NCBI GenBank assembly: GCA_947595235.1
Contig: CANQEP010000001.1
Coordinates: forward strand, 7,451-71,450
Length of the DNA: 64,000 bases
Reading direction: 5' to 3'
Source of the DNA: an uncultured Clostridia bacterium
Lineage (GTDB): Bacteria; Bacillota; Clostridia; Christensenellales; UBA1242
Each line of letters starts with the position of its first letter. Within the stretch, counting starts at the first letter, position 1. A program made the position numbers and the translations under genes. Below, piece after piece: positions 1-9,896 of this stretch. The notes under the pieces were generated by a model that was not told where the DNA came from, did not search any database, and saw only the letters and a list, made by a program, of their open reading frames with translations.

Positions 1-222
1 GCTCTTGCCTTGCATACGCTTGAAGCGGGTCAAAACATCTTGATAAGTCATGTCAAGAGCGTGGCCGATGTGCGCTTGGCTGGTCACGTTTGGTGGTGGC
101 ATGATAATGCAAAATGGCTCTTTGCTTTTGTCCACTTCTGCATGAAAATATTTCTTCTCTTCCCAAGTTTTGTAGATGTCTCTTTCAAATTCTTCGGGTT
201 TAAACGTACCTTTTGTGTGCAT
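1..222 (-). CDS. valS: Valyl-tRNA synthetase, N-terminal fragment (gene runs off the left edge)
   Basis: Minus-strand translation from ATG 222-220: MHTKGTFKPEEFERDIYKTWEEKKYFHAEVDKSKEPFCIIMPPPNVTSQAHIGHALDMTYQDVLTRFKRMQGKS. The PPPNVT..HIGH context is typical of ValRS. AGGAG lies 6 nt upstream. Absent from the ORF track because there is no stop inside the window. Confidence 0.8.
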   Translation of the reverse strand, partial: MHTKGTFKPEEFERDIYKTWEEKKYFHAEVDKSKEPFCIIMPPPNVTSQAHIGHALDMTYQDVLTRFKRMQGKS

Positions 223-231
223 AAATAACTC

Positions 232-441
232 CTATTTAAGAAGGCTCTGAAAAATCGCGAATGCCAGTGAAAGCATCATGAAAATGTAGCCTATAAGTTT
301 GATTTTTAGTGCCTTGCGGTGGGCAACTTCTTCGGTGTATTTCTTTTTTGGAACAAACATCTTGTTCATAAACACCATAACAAGTCCAACAAGCAAGCAT
401 ATGAATATCATTGCAATAAAAATATATCTAACAACTCGCAT
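232..441 (-). CDS. Small membrane protein, unknown function
   Basis: 69-aa ORF with two hydrophobic helices (IFIAMIFICLLVGLVMVF; IGYIFMMLSLAFAIF), immediately upstream of valS. No family recognised. Confidence 0.4.
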   Translation of the reverse strand: MRVVRYIFIAMIFICLLVGLVMVFMNKMFVPKKKYTEEVAHRKALKIKLIGYIFMMLSLAFAIFQSLLK

Positions 442-452
442 AATATCCCCCT

Positions 453-1079
453 TTATTCAACATTTTGCTCGTCATCTTGGCTGGTGACGTGGCTGACAAT
501 ATCGTCGGCAACTTGACTGTTCTTTTCTTCTTTTTCATTAGCGCCTTGCTCCTTTGGATAAGGCACAAGCGCAAGAGTGAGTTTGCCAAGCAAAATGCAA
601 ATTGAAAGCACAAGCATAAAGATGGCAAATCCCGTTGAGTACTCTTCAAGGAAGAAGTACGGAAAAATCGAGAACATGAGCGCGCAATTAAAAACTCCAA
701 CAAGGATACTGCCAAGACGCCTTTTTTCAATTCGGTTTTTTGCAAAAAGGTCAACGAAGAAGCAAACGCCAAGAATTGAGCACGACGCGATTGAGTATGG
801 CAAGAAGATGTGATAGAAGATTAGCGAACTGACTGCCAAGACGTTGAACGCGTCTGAAAGGTATGTTGAGAACCTATAAAAATATATAAAATTTGAGGAG
901 TATTTTTTGTCAATGGCGGTGAATGCAAGCATTATAACAAAGTAGATAAAGTATATCGAGCCACCAATCTTCTGTCCACCGAAGAAAATGGTGAACGCGA
1001 AGATAACAAAGAGTATCGACGAGATTGAAAAAAGCAAAATTGAAACCACATTGTTTTTGTTGACCATAAAACCTCTCAA
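453..1079 (-). CDS. Multi-pass membrane protein, unknown function
   Basis: 208-aa ORF with about 5 hydrophobic segments and an acidic C-terminal tail. The true start may be MVNKNN at 1067. Confidence 0.55.
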   Translation of the reverse strand: MRGFMVNKNNVVSILLFSISSILFVIFAFTIFFGGQKIGGSIYFIYFVIMLAFTAIDKKYSSNFIYFYRFSTYLSDAFNVLAVSSLIFYHIFLPYSIASCSILGVCFFVDLFAKNRIEKRRLGSILVGVFNCALMFSIFPYFFLEEYSTGFAIFMLVLSICILLGKLTLALVPYPKEQGANEKEEKNSQVADDIVSHVTSQDDEQNVE

Positions 1080-1191
1080 ATTTGTAACTTTTTTATTATA
1101 ACACTAAATATTTAAAATTTTAAAGTGATTTATTAACAAAGTTGAATTTTCTTGAATAAAATGCAATGTGACACACAAGGAGGAAAAAAAA

Positions 1192-2181
1192 TTGAAAAGA
1201 ATAATAACAATAATGCTATGCATAATGATGTGCGGACTTTCGCTCGGATTTGTTGCCTGCAAGAAAAACAAAGACATCATAAGAATAAACGAAGTTACGC
1301 ACAGCGTTTTTTATGCCCCACTCTACGCCGCCATAAACCTTGGCTATATGGAAGATGAGGGCATAAAGATTGAACTTGAAAATGGTGGCGGAAGCGACAA
1401 GAGTATGGCAGCGCTCTTATCAAACAACGCCGATATCGCTCTTATGGGCGCCGAGACCGTTATCTATGTTGTTGCCCAAGGTAGCACCGACAATCCAATG
1501 ATTTTCGGTCAACTCACAAAGCGTGATGGCTCGTTCCTTGTTTCAAAAGTGGATGAAAAGGACACATTCGACTGGAAAACATCACTAGCGAACAAAAAAG
1601 TCATCTGTGGTCGCCGTGGCGGACTTCCAGCAATGACATTTGAGTGGGTTGTCAATCAAAACGGGCTCACTAACGGAACAAACATAACCCTTGACACCGA
1701 GACCTCGTTCACAATGCAAGTTCCAGTTTTTGAGGCAGACGGCGGAGACTACTGCACAATGTTTGAGCCAACTGCGACTGAGTTCGAAGAGGCTGGAAAA
1801 GGCTACATTGTTGGTTCTGTCGGTGAATATAGTGGCGAAATTCCATACACTTGCTTTATGGCAAAACCAAGTTATATCTCGCAAAACCCAGAAAAAATTG
1901 AGGGCTTTTTAAGGGCAATAAAGAAGGCGTATGTCTATCTTATGACCCACACCGACCTTGAGGGAGCGGAGGCACTAAAGCCATCATTTGACTCAAGTGT
2001 TGAGTCGCTTGCAAAGGCAGTTAAGAGTTACAAAGAGATTGACGCTTGGTGCGCAACCCCAGAGATGAACCAAGTTGCCTACCGAAACCTCTTGACCGTT
2101 TTGAACAATGCGGGCGAACTTGAGGGAACTGTTGCCTTTAACAAGGTTGTTGACAACACCTACGCACTTAAGATTGCATAA
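1192..2181 (+). CDS. ABC transporter substrate-binding lipoprotein (NMT1/THI5-like, NitT/TauT-type)
   Basis: TTG at 1192, 8 nt after AAGGAGG, gives the signal peptide KRIITIMLCIMMCGLSLGFVAC with a lipobox-like Cys. The track start at 1168 is a GTG without an SD. First gene of a 3-gene ABC operon. Confidence 0.7.
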   Translation: MKRIITIMLCIMMCGLSLGFVACKKNKDIIRINEVTHSVFYAPLYAAINLGYMEDEGIKIELENGGGSDKSMAALLSNNADIALMGAETVIYVVAQGSTDNPMIFGQLTKRDGSFLVSKVDEKDTFDWKTSLANKKVICGRRGGLPAMTFEWVVNQNGLTNGTNITLDTETSFTMQVPVFEADGGDYCTMFEPTATEFEEAGKGYIVGSVGEYSGEIPYTCFMAKPSYISQNPEKIEGFLRAIKKAYVYLMTHTDLEGAEALKPSFDSSVESLAKAVKSYKEIDAWCATPEMNQVAYRNLLTVLNNAGELEGTVAFNKVVDNTYALKIA

Positions 2182-2200
2182 AAAACCAAAGGAGAAAACT

Positions 2201-2962
2201 ATGGAGAACTTACTAGAACTAAAAAACATAAAACTTATTTATCATTCTCCAAAAAGTGAAACACTGGCTATTGATGATTTATCTTTCAGCATCAAGGCAG
2301 GAGATTTTGTGAGTATTGTTGGGCCGTCGGGGTGCGGGAAAACCACCATACTCTCGCTCGTGGCATCGCTTATGAAGCCTACCAGCGGAGAGATAATTTA
2401 TGGCGCGAAAGACAAGTCAATCGCCCCCGGCTATATGTTTCAACGTGACAACCTTTTTGAGTGGCTAAATATTTGGAAAAATGTGTCGCTCGGTCTGTCT
2501 TTTAAGCACCGAAAAACCAAAGAAAATGTAGCCTACGCAAAAAACCTTGTTGAAAAATATGGCTTGAAAGATTTTATGAAACACTATCCAAGTGAGTTGT
2601 CTGGAGGAATGAGGCAACGCGTTGCGCTCATAAGAACGCTGTCACTTCGCCCCGAACTCTTGCTTCTTGACGAACCTTTCTCTGCACTTGACTATCAAAC
2701 AAGGCTCGCCGTTCAAGACGACGTTTTTAACATCATAAAGAGCGAGAAAAAGACCGCAATACTCGTCACGCACGACATCAGCGAGGCAATCGCAATGTCA
2801 AACAAAGTGATTGTCCTCTCAAGCAGACCAGCAAAGGTAAAAAAGATTTTTGACATCGACTTTGACCCAAGCCTCACGCCCTTTGAGAGGCGCAAACAAG
2901 ACAACTTTCAACCACTATATGACTTGATTTGGGGGGAACTGCAATGCAAAGATATTCCCTAG
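2201..2962 (+). CDS. ABC transporter ATP-binding protein
   Basis: ATG 2201 follows AAAGGAG. Walker A GPSGCGKTT, signature LSGGMRQRV, Walker B LLLLDEPFSALD. The 3' end overlaps the permease gene. Confidence 0.9.
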   Translation: MENLLELKNIKLIYHSPKSETLAIDDLSFSIKAGDFVSIVGPSGCGKTTILSLVASLMKPTSGEIIYGAKDKSIAPGYMFQRDNLFEWLNIWKNVSLGLSFKHRKTKENVAYAKNLVEKYGLKDFMKHYPSELSGGMRQRVALIRTLSLRPELLLLDEPFSALDYQTRLAVQDDVFNIIKSEKKTAILVTHDISEAIAMSNKVIVLSSRPAKVKKIFDIDFDPSLTPFERRKQDNFQPLYDLIWGELQCKDIP

Positions 2963-3744
2963 ACCATAAAAGATATCTAACAAAGTTGAGGCTAAAAAAC
3001 TTTTCTTGCCACCTTGCTCGAATTTTGCTTTTGATTATCCTTGTTGCGGCGTGGGAACTTTGCGCAAGGTACAACGTTGTTGACCCGTTCATAACAAGTT
3101 CTCCGTCAAGAATAGTGAAGCAACTTGGGGTGATGATAAGCGACGGCTCACTCTTTAAGCACACATGGGTGACCTTCTATGAGACCATACTCGCCTTTGG
3201 CATAAGCACTCTTCTTGGAACGCTCGTTGCACTTCTTCTCTACTCCATTCCGTTTGTGAGGCAGGTGCTTGAGCCCTATCTTATAGTTCTTAACAGCCTT
3301 CCAAAAATTGCGCTTGGTCCACTTATTATCGTGTGGATTGGAACGGGCACAAAGGCAATCGTTGTTATGGGCATTCTTATTTGCATTGTCATAACAACAA
3401 TATCCATGCTCAATGGCTATATGAGTATTGAAAAAGAAAAGTTACTTCTTATGAAGACCATTGGCGCGAACAAACTTCAAACCCTTCTTAAACTTGTTAT
3501 CCCCGCAACCCTTCCCGACTTCATCTCAGTTCTTAAAATAAATGTTGGAATGAGCCTCGTTGGAGTCATCATGGGCGAATACTTAACAAGCAAGGCGGGG
3601 CTTGGCTACCTTATTGTCTATGGCGGACAAGTCTTCAAACTTGACCTTGTCATGGCATCAATATTTGTGCTTTGCCTCATGGCAATGATAATGTACTTTG
3701 TTGTTGCCCTTCTTGAACACTACTTCGCAAAAAAGCGTTCGTAG
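2944..3744 (+). CDS. ABC transporter permease
   Basis: ATG 2944 follows GGGGGGA. About 6 TM segments and an EAA-type loop region (MKTIGANKLQTLLKLVIPATLP). Operon context with the ATPase. Confidence 0.85.
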   Translation: MQRYSLDHKRYLTKLRLKNFSCHLARILLLIILVAAWELCARYNVVDPFITSSPSRIVKQLGVMISDGSLFKHTWVTFYETILAFGISTLLGTLVALLLYSIPFVRQVLEPYLIVLNSLPKIALGPLIIVWIGTGTKAIVVMGILICIVITTISMLNGYMSIEKEKLLLMKTIGANKLQTLLKLVIPATLPDFISVLKINVGMSLVGVIMGEYLTSKAGLGYLIVYGGQVFKLDLVMASIFVLCLMAMIMYFVVALLEHYFAKKRS

Positions 3745-3863
3745 TTGTAAAAAATCCCACAAATTAAGCAATATTTTACAACTAAAATTTCAAAAGCCAC
3801 CATAATAATATGGTGGCTTGTTTTAGACATTATTAAAATTTAGTTAAAAAGACATCGAGAACT

Positions 3864-4448
3864 CTATTTTTCTCTATTGCAATACCATTCCATGAACTTT
3901 TCTAATGCATCAATATGCCCGTCGGGTCTATTTGTTCGCTCATCATCTGTCATTTGCGCCATTGTTTTTGTGCAGTTATTTGGAATAAAAACATAATAGA
4001 GTTCAGACCACTTGTTGTCGCAGTCATCTCCTAAAATTTGCGTAGAAATTGTTCCGTGACAATTTCCCCAAAATTGACGCAACTCTTTGCCATCATAAAA
4101 TGACAGACACTCCTTAAAGTAACAAGTTCGGTCCGAGACTCCCTCCATTGCCTTCAATAACCCTTTCACTCCGATTTTGTTAATAATTTCTCTTTTGGGA
4201 AATGCGCCAGGAAAATTGGGCTTTCCGGGATAATTAGGAATATAAAATCCAGAATCAAGAGCAATACATGGCTTGTGGAGTTGGTTATATGCACTCAACA
4301 CTTTAACTTTTGATATGTATTCAATATCGTTTATATCAGGTTCTTCAATATCTAAATCGCAACCTATAAGGTCTATATGACCTTTAAAAAACCTTTGTGC
4401 AGATGCTAATTTCCCCTTATTCCCCGTCACAAAAACAATTTTGTTCAT
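3864..4448 (-). CDS. Ham1/ITPase-family non-canonical NTP pyrophosphatase-like protein
   Basis: The N-terminus MNKIVFVTGNKGKL matches the FVTGNxxK signature of the HAM1/ITPA family. ATG 4448 follows GGGGGA. The rest of the protein is divergent. Confidence 0.6.
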   Translation of the reverse strand: MNKIVFVTGNKGKLASAQRFFKGHIDLIGCDLDIEEPDINDIEYISKVKVLSAYNQLHKPCIALDSGFYIPNYPGKPNFPGAFPKREIINKIGVKGLLKAMEGVSDRTCYFKECLSFYDGKELRQFWGNCHGTISTQILGDDCDNKWSELYYVFIPNNCTKTMAQMTDDERTNRPDGHIDALEKFMEWYCNREK

Positions 4449-4497
4449 TTTTTCCCCCAACATCTAGACATAAATAACCCAACAATCGCGTCGCAAC

Positions 4498-7400
4498 TTA
4501 CAACACCTTGATATTGCTCTCGCCCACAAGGCCCGAAAGTTCGCTCATGAGGGCGGGAGTGACAGAGACCTTTCTGCCGAGCAAGTAGAGTTTTTTGTTG
4601 TATTGAACATAGGTCTCTATGTCTCCGCGGTAGCCGTCAAGGACCTCCAAGATTTCTCTTTTCAGCCTCTCGTCTTGAAGGTCAAACTGCATATAGAGGT
4701 TTTGCTTTTTCTTTTCTTGTTTATAGTCATTAAAAACAACTTTCTTATTCTCAGTTGCGGGAACTTCTTGCCCCGTGCCCTCGTCGATAAAGTTCATTTT
4801 GTCCATGATTATGATTGGTCTTTCGCCACTTCTAAGCGACAGTCTGCCCGACAGCGAAACAATGGCGTCAACCACCAACTTGTCTTTTATTTGCTCATAA
4901 AACTTGTTGAACACCATAACGTCAAACGTGCCATAAAGGTCCTCAATTTTCACAACCGCCATAGGCTTGTTGCCCGTTTTTGTGAACATCTTCTTAACTT
5001 CGGCAACAATTCCGCCAGTGTAGACTTGCATGTTGTCGGTGAGTTCGTTGCGCATTGCGATGAGGTCTTCGCTGTTACCTTCGTCCTCGTCGGTGGTCAT
5101 TTCCTCTTCTTCTGAGCCAAAGTCTTGCACCATGCTTGCATTGAAGTTAAAGTTCTTCATAAGCGAAGAATATTGCTCAAGAGGGTGACCGCTGATATAA
5201 ATTCCAACCGCCTCTTTTTCTTTCTTTAGTTTGTATTTGTGGTCGTATTCCTTGATGTCGGGGTAGTCGATTTTTATGCTGTCCTCTTTTGACAGAAGGT
5301 CGCCAAACATAGAGAATTGCCCCGCAAGACGACTCCTTTTATCCTTTATTGCGCAGTTCATGGCAGCCTCATAAACGGCAGCAAGTTGGCTACGCGTTTT
5401 CCCGAAGCAGTCGAACGCGCCCGAATAAATCATGCCCTCAAGAACGCGCTTGTTAATCATGAGGTCAACCGTTCTTATAAGAAAGTCGCCAAGGTCTTTG
5501 AAGTCGCCGTGCTCTTCGCGTTCCTTAACAATAGCGTCGCAAATGGCAATACCAATTCCCCTTATCGCCGAAAGTCCAAACCTCATTTTGCCGTCTTTGA
5601 CAGAAAAGTAGGTTGTGCTCTTGTTGATGTCTGCCGGAAGCACCTCGATGCCCTCACTTCTTGCATATGTGAGGTAGTTCGATACTTCGTCGGCATTGCT
5701 GATTCGGTTATTGATGATGCTGGTGAGGAACTCGGGCTCATAGTAGTATTTTAGCCATGCCGTTCTGTAGGTGACAACGCTATACGCCGCTGCGTGCGAC
5801 TTATTGAACGCGTACTCGGCAAAGTGCATCATCTGTGACCAAATGCTCTTGCCCACCTCTTCGGGAACGCCACGCTTGATGCAGCCGTCGATGGCGTTCT
5901 GGTCTTTCGCGCCGTTCTCACCTTTCATAAATGGTCTGCCATACAAGAAGACTGGCTCTTCCCTTGCCATGGCAGCCTTGTCTTTCTTTCCCATGTATCG
6001 CCTTATCATGTCGGCTTGCCCCAAGGTGAAGCCCGCAAGTTTTTGAACGACTTTCATGACTTGCTCTTGATAGACAATGCACCCATAAGTGACGTCAAGA
6101 ATATCCCTCAAAAGTTCGTGGTCATAGGTTGTGTCCTCGGGGTGGTGCTTGTTGTGGACAAACTTTGGAATATATTGCATAGGGCCGGGGCGATACATAC
6201 TTATTGCCGCGATGATGTCTTCAAAGCAAGTAGGTTTAAGTTCTTTCAAGAACTTTTGAAAGCCACCACTTTCAAGTTGGAATATGCCAACGGTGTTGCC
6301 CGTTGAAATATATTCATAGACCTTTGGGTCTTCGTTGCCAAGTTTGTTGAAGTCAACGTCAACGCCGTGGTTCTCTTTGATATACTTTAACGCGGTCTTG
6401 ATATCGTTAAGGTTCCTAAGCCCCAAGAAGTCCATTTTCAAAAGCCCCAAGGCTTCAACTTCTTTCATGTTGTATTGCGTTGTTATGTCGTCGCCATTTC
6501 GCGAAAGAGGAATGACGTTTTGCAGTGGCTCGCGACCAATGATGACGCCACACGCGTGGGTTGAGCACTGCCTTGGTGCGTCCTCAACCTTCCACGAAAT
6601 GTCAACCACGCGCTTGATGTCGGGGTTGGTGTTATAGATGTCTATGCACTCGGGAATGCCATACTCGGTTCCAAAGTCCTTGTCGCCCTCTTTTGGCTTG
6701 TACATTCCAAAACTCTTTCGAATGATGTCGGGGCGCTTATAAACGTTGCCCATGAGTTTTGTGACCTTGTCGGTCTCGTTGTATGGAACTCTGAGCGCTC
6801 TGCCAACGTCTTTTATGGCGTTTTTTGCTGCCATTGTTCCAAAAGTTACAATTTTAACAACGCAATCGTTTGAGTATCTTCGGCGGACGTAATCAATGAC
6901 TTCCTCTCGGCGATCATCGGCAAAGTCAACGTCAAAGTCGGGCGCGGTGACACGCTCGGTGTGAAGAAATCTCTCGAAAAGAAGGTCATATTTGAGCGGG
7001 TCAACGTCAGTTATGCCAATCGCATAGGCAATTATTGAACCAACGCCCGAGCCACGGCCGGGACCAACTGGAATGTCCATGCTCTTTGCGGCGTTGATAT
7101 AGTCCCAAACAATGAGGTAATATTCAATGTAGCCTTGCCCCGAAATGACGCCATACTCATGCTCTGTCCTCTCGCGAATTTCGGGAGTTACAGTACCGTA
7201 GCGTCTTACAAGTCCCTCCTCGATGAGTCTGCGGAAAAATACCTCGGGAGCCTCGCCCGTGTCGGGCTTGTAGCGAGGGTACATATATTGTCCGTCCTCG
7301 GTTGCGAACTTGAAGCGGAAGTTACATTTTTCAGCAATCTCAAGCGTTGTGTCAAGCGCCTCAAAGTCGTCGGGGAACGCCTTTTCCATCTCTTCACGGC

Positions 7401-8127
7401 TCTTAAAATACATCTGGTCGCCCGGAAGCCTCAGTCTGTCGGGGTCGTCGATGGTCTTTTTCATTTGGACGCACATCAAAACGTCTTGCGTTTCGGCGTC
7501 CTCTTTATAGATATAGTGAACGTCGTTTGTGGCAACAAGTTTGATGTTATATTTCTTGGCGTATTCATGGAGTTTTTTGTTGACAACGGCGTCCTCTTCA
7601 AGAAAGTGGTTTTGAATTTCAAGATAGAAGTCGTCGCCAAACTTTTCCTTGAACCAAACGACCATCTTTTCTGCCTCGTCATACATCCCCTTCAAAATGT
7701 ATTGAGGAATTGTTCCCGCAAGGCACGCCGAAAGGCAGATGACTCCCTCGGTGTGCTCGGCAAGGGTCTTGTAGTCAATTCTTGGCTTATAGTAGTAGCC
7801 ATCTTTGAAGGCAATGGTGTTGAGCATGGCGATATTTTTGTATCCCGCCTCGTCTTTTGCAAGCAAGATGAGGTGTTCAAGTTTGGTCTTGCCTTGTTTT
7901 GAGTAAAGGTCGTCGGCAACATAAAATTCGCAACCTATGATTGCCTTGATTTTATTTTTTCTGCAAGTTTGAAAAAAGTGAACCGCGCCATACATATTGC
8001 CGTGGTCGGTTATGGCAATAGCGGGCATTCCCATAGAGGCGGCGACTTTTATCATCTTATCCATTCTTGCAGCGCCGTCTAGCAAACTATATTCGGTGTG
8101 AACGTGCAAATGAACAAAATCACTCAT
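4498..8127 (-). CDS. dnaE: DNA polymerase III alpha subunit (DnaE-type)
   Basis: PHP-domain N-terminus FVHLHVHTEYSLLDG, pol III alpha core and a C-terminal OB region. ATG 8127 is preceded by GAGGAGG. The longer track start (8181) would overlap whiA. Confidence 0.9.
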   Translation of the reverse strand: MSDFVHLHVHTEYSLLDGAARMDKMIKVAASMGMPAIAITDHGNMYGAVHFFQTCRKNKIKAIIGCEFYVADDLYSKQGKTKLEHLILLAKDEAGYKNIAMLNTIAFKDGYYYKPRIDYKTLAEHTEGVICLSACLAGTIPQYILKGMYDEAEKMVVWFKEKFGDDFYLEIQNHFLEEDAVVNKKLHEYAKKYNIKLVATNDVHYIYKEDAETQDVLMCVQMKKTIDDPDRLRLPGDQMYFKSREEMEKAFPDDFEALDTTLEIAEKCNFRFKFATEDGQYMYPRYKPDTGEAPEVFFRRLIEEGLVRRYGTVTPEIRERTEHEYGVISGQGYIEYYLIVWDYINAAKSMDIPVGPGRGSGVGSIIAYAIGITDVDPLKYDLLFERFLHTERVTAPDFDVDFADDRREEVIDYVRRRYSNDCVVKIVTFGTMAAKNAIKDVGRALRVPYNETDKVTKLMGNVYKRPDIIRKSFGMYKPKEGDKDFGTEYGIPECIDIYNTNPDIKRVVDISWKVEDAPRQCSTHACGVIIGREPLQNVIPLSRNGDDITTQYNMKEVEALGLLKMDFLGLRNLNDIKTALKYIKENHGVDVDFNKLGNEDPKVYEYISTGNTVGIFQLESGGFQKFLKELKPTCFEDIIAAISMYRPGPMQYIPKFVHNKHHPEDTTYDHELLRDILDVTYGCIVYQEQVMKVVQKLAGFTLGQADMIRRYMGKKDKAAMAREEPVFLYGRPFMKGENGAKDQNAIDGCIKRGVPEEVGKSIWSQMMHFAEYAFNKSHAAAYSVVTYRTAWLKYYYEPEFLTSIINNRISNADEVSNYLTYARSEGIEVLPADINKSTTYFSVKDGKMRFGLSAIRGIGIAICDAIVKEREEHGDFKDLGDFLIRTVDLMINKRVLEGMIYSGAFDCFGKTRSQLAAVYEAAMNCAIKDKRSRLAGQFSMFGDLLSKEDSIKIDYPDIKEYDHKYKLKKEKEAVGIYISGHPLEQYSSLMKNFNFNASMVQDFGSEEEEMTTDEDEGNSEDLIAMRNELTDNMQVYTGGIVAEVKKMFTKTGNKPMAVVKIEDLYGTFDVMVFNKFYEQIKDKLVVDAIVSLSGRLSLRSGERPIIIMDKMNFIDEGTGQEVPATENKKVVFNDYKQEKKKQNLYMQFDLQDERLKREILEVLDGYRGDIETYVQYNKKLYLLGRKVSVTPALMSELSGLVGESNIKVL

Positions 8128-8128
8128 A

Positions 8129-9100
8129 TCAAACCTCCTCTGAAAGTGCAATAATCTTTTTGAATCTTTGGCTGAGCGCACCCTTGCTAATCTTTGTTGG
8201 CAACTCTTCTAGTATGTCCGCAAGCGAGCCCTCAGGGTTATTGAGCCTTGCAATGGCGACCTCTTTTAGTGGCTCGGGAAGTGCATCAATACCAATATTT
8301 TGACTTATTTTTTCAATGGCGTCAAGTTGAATTCTTGCCGCGATAATACTTTTGTCAATATTAGCCGAAATGCAGTTGGCTTGACGGTTAACAAGGTTCC
8401 TCATCTCACGCCCCGCCCTCTCGTTTTCAAGAAGTAGAACGCTGTTATATGCCTTGAAAACTCCAAGAAGACTGGATATGCTCTCGGCCTCTTTAATATA
8501 TACAACAAAGTTCTCTCCGCGCCTAACTTGACCAGAAATTATGTCAAGTTCAGCCAAGATGTCGCTAATGAGGTCGGCCTGTTCCTTGTCTTGCGAGTCA
8601 TATTCAAGGTGATAGCCGTTGCTCCTTTGACTTTTTGAGATGTTGCCAACGTCGATGTGCTCGGGGATTGAGACGCTTCCGCCTCCCAAGAACATTCCCT
8701 TCAAAAAATCAATCTTTCCGTTTAGTTCAATGACAAGGTGCTTCTGCCCCACGCGACTGATAACAAAACTTGAGTCTTTGCTAAAAGATATAATCCCAAG
8801 GTCGGTGAGAATCTGCCTCCCCACCGCGGGGTCGATGGTCATTTCAAGTTTCACCTTCTGCTTAAAGCCGATGTCCTCTTCTCTTAGTTCAATGACAACA
8901 GAAGGGTACTCCCTTTCGATAAGAGTTTTCACAAAGTCAATAAATTCTTGGCTCTCGCTTGAAATTTTAAAGGTCATTCCCCTTTTGCCAAGCACCAAAC
9001 TCCCCGACGAAAGCACAATTCCGCAAAGAAGTGCCGAGCTGGTATGCTCCTTTAAAAGGCTTGTCATCATCTCATGTTTAACGGTCTGCGAAAAACTCAT
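8129..9100 (-). CDS. whiA: DNA-binding sporulation/cell-division regulator WhiA
   Basis: 323 aa. N-terminus MSFSQTVKHEM, a degenerate LAGLIDADG-like middle, and a C-terminal HTH (ARLNNPEGSLADILEELPTKISKGALSQRFKKI), all typical of WhiA. Confidence 0.8.
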   Translation of the reverse strand: MSFSQTVKHEMMTSLLKEHTSSALLCGIVLSSGSLVLGKRGMTFKISSESQEFIDFVKTLIEREYPSVVIELREEDIGFKQKVKLEMTIDPAVGRQILTDLGIISFSKDSSFVISRVGQKHLVIELNGKIDFLKGMFLGGGSVSIPEHIDVGNISKSQRSNGYHLEYDSQDKEQADLISDILAELDIISGQVRRGENFVVYIKEAESISSLLGVFKAYNSVLLLENERAGREMRNLVNRQANCISANIDKSIIAARIQLDAIEKISQNIGIDALPEPLKEVAIARLNNPEGSLADILEELPTKISKGALSQRFKKIIALSEEV

Positions 9101-9181
9101 ATTACCCTCTCAAAACAAATATAGCAAATTGGCAAAAAAAACACAACAAAAAACAAAAGAAAAACCAAGTTTGAACTTGGT

Positions 9182-9895
9182 CTATTTGTATAGTTTGTCA
9201 AGATTGACAATCCTTTCGTGAGGAATGTTGTATTTTTCAACAAAGTCAAGCACTCTGTCAAGTTTTGCGATATTGCCTTTTCTGTGCGCGTCCGAACTCA
9301 AAATGAAGTTGCAACCACTTCTTACAAGGTCTTTCGCCTCGCTTTCATTAAAGCGGATGTGCTTGTTGTTAAGTTCAATGAGCGTCCCCTTCTCTCGCGC
9401 GGCGCACGCCACCCTATAGACATCCACTCTTATATACTCATTGATGTGGGTCAAGATGTCCACCTTGTACTTATTTAGGCAATTTATATAGGCAAGAGTG
9501 TTAATCTCTTTTTGTTTTTTTGGATTGAACAATGCACGAAATGGATTGAAAAAGTCTGTCACTGTCCCCTTGTGATAGCCAACAAGCAACAAGTCAAGTT
9601 TTTTTATCTCATCTTCCGAAAGGTCAATAGAGCCGTCGCCCTTAACAAGGTTCGCCTCAAGCCCAAAATAGAGATTTAGCGGAGCGTCCTTTTTTATGTT
9701 GTCCACCTCGGCGCGCGCAACATCGATGTTCTTTCGCTTTATGCCAAAGAAAATGTGCCCCGGACCATGGTCGGTGACTGCATAGCCCTCAAGTCCAAGG
9801 TCAGATGCCTTGTCCACCATCTCTTGAATGGTGTTCTTGCCGTGGTTGTTCTTTGAGTACTTTGTGTGGGTGTGGTAGTCTCCAGTTATTTGCAT
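9182..9895 (-). CDS. PHP-domain phosphoesterase
   Basis: N-terminal DYHTHTKYS metal-binding motif, later VTDHGPG and SSDAH. PHP (histidinol-phosphatase-like) fold. Confidence 0.7.
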   Translation of the reverse strand: MQITGDYHTHTKYSKNNHGKNTIQEMVDKASDLGLEGYAVTDHGPGHIFFGIKRKNIDVARAEVDNIKKDAPLNLYFGLEANLVKGDGSIDLSEDEIKKLDLLLVGYHKGTVTDFFNPFRALFNPKKQKEINTLAYINCLNKYKVDILTHINEYIRVDVYRVACAAREKGTLIELNNKHIRFNESEAKDLVRSGCNFILSSDAHRKGNIAKLDRVLDFVEKYNIPHERIVNLDKLYK

Positions 9896-9896
9896 C

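Noticed and set aside
7135-7902. Long antisense ORFs inside well-supported genes (255 aa opposite dnaE; also 15817..16554 opposite prmC, 34971..35771 opposite pyrG, 51632..52276 opposite the 951-aa gene, 26716..27180 opposite nifJ)
   Set aside because: These are shadow ORFs. They have no RBS and odd composition, and each lies fully inside a gene with clear family motifs on the other strand.
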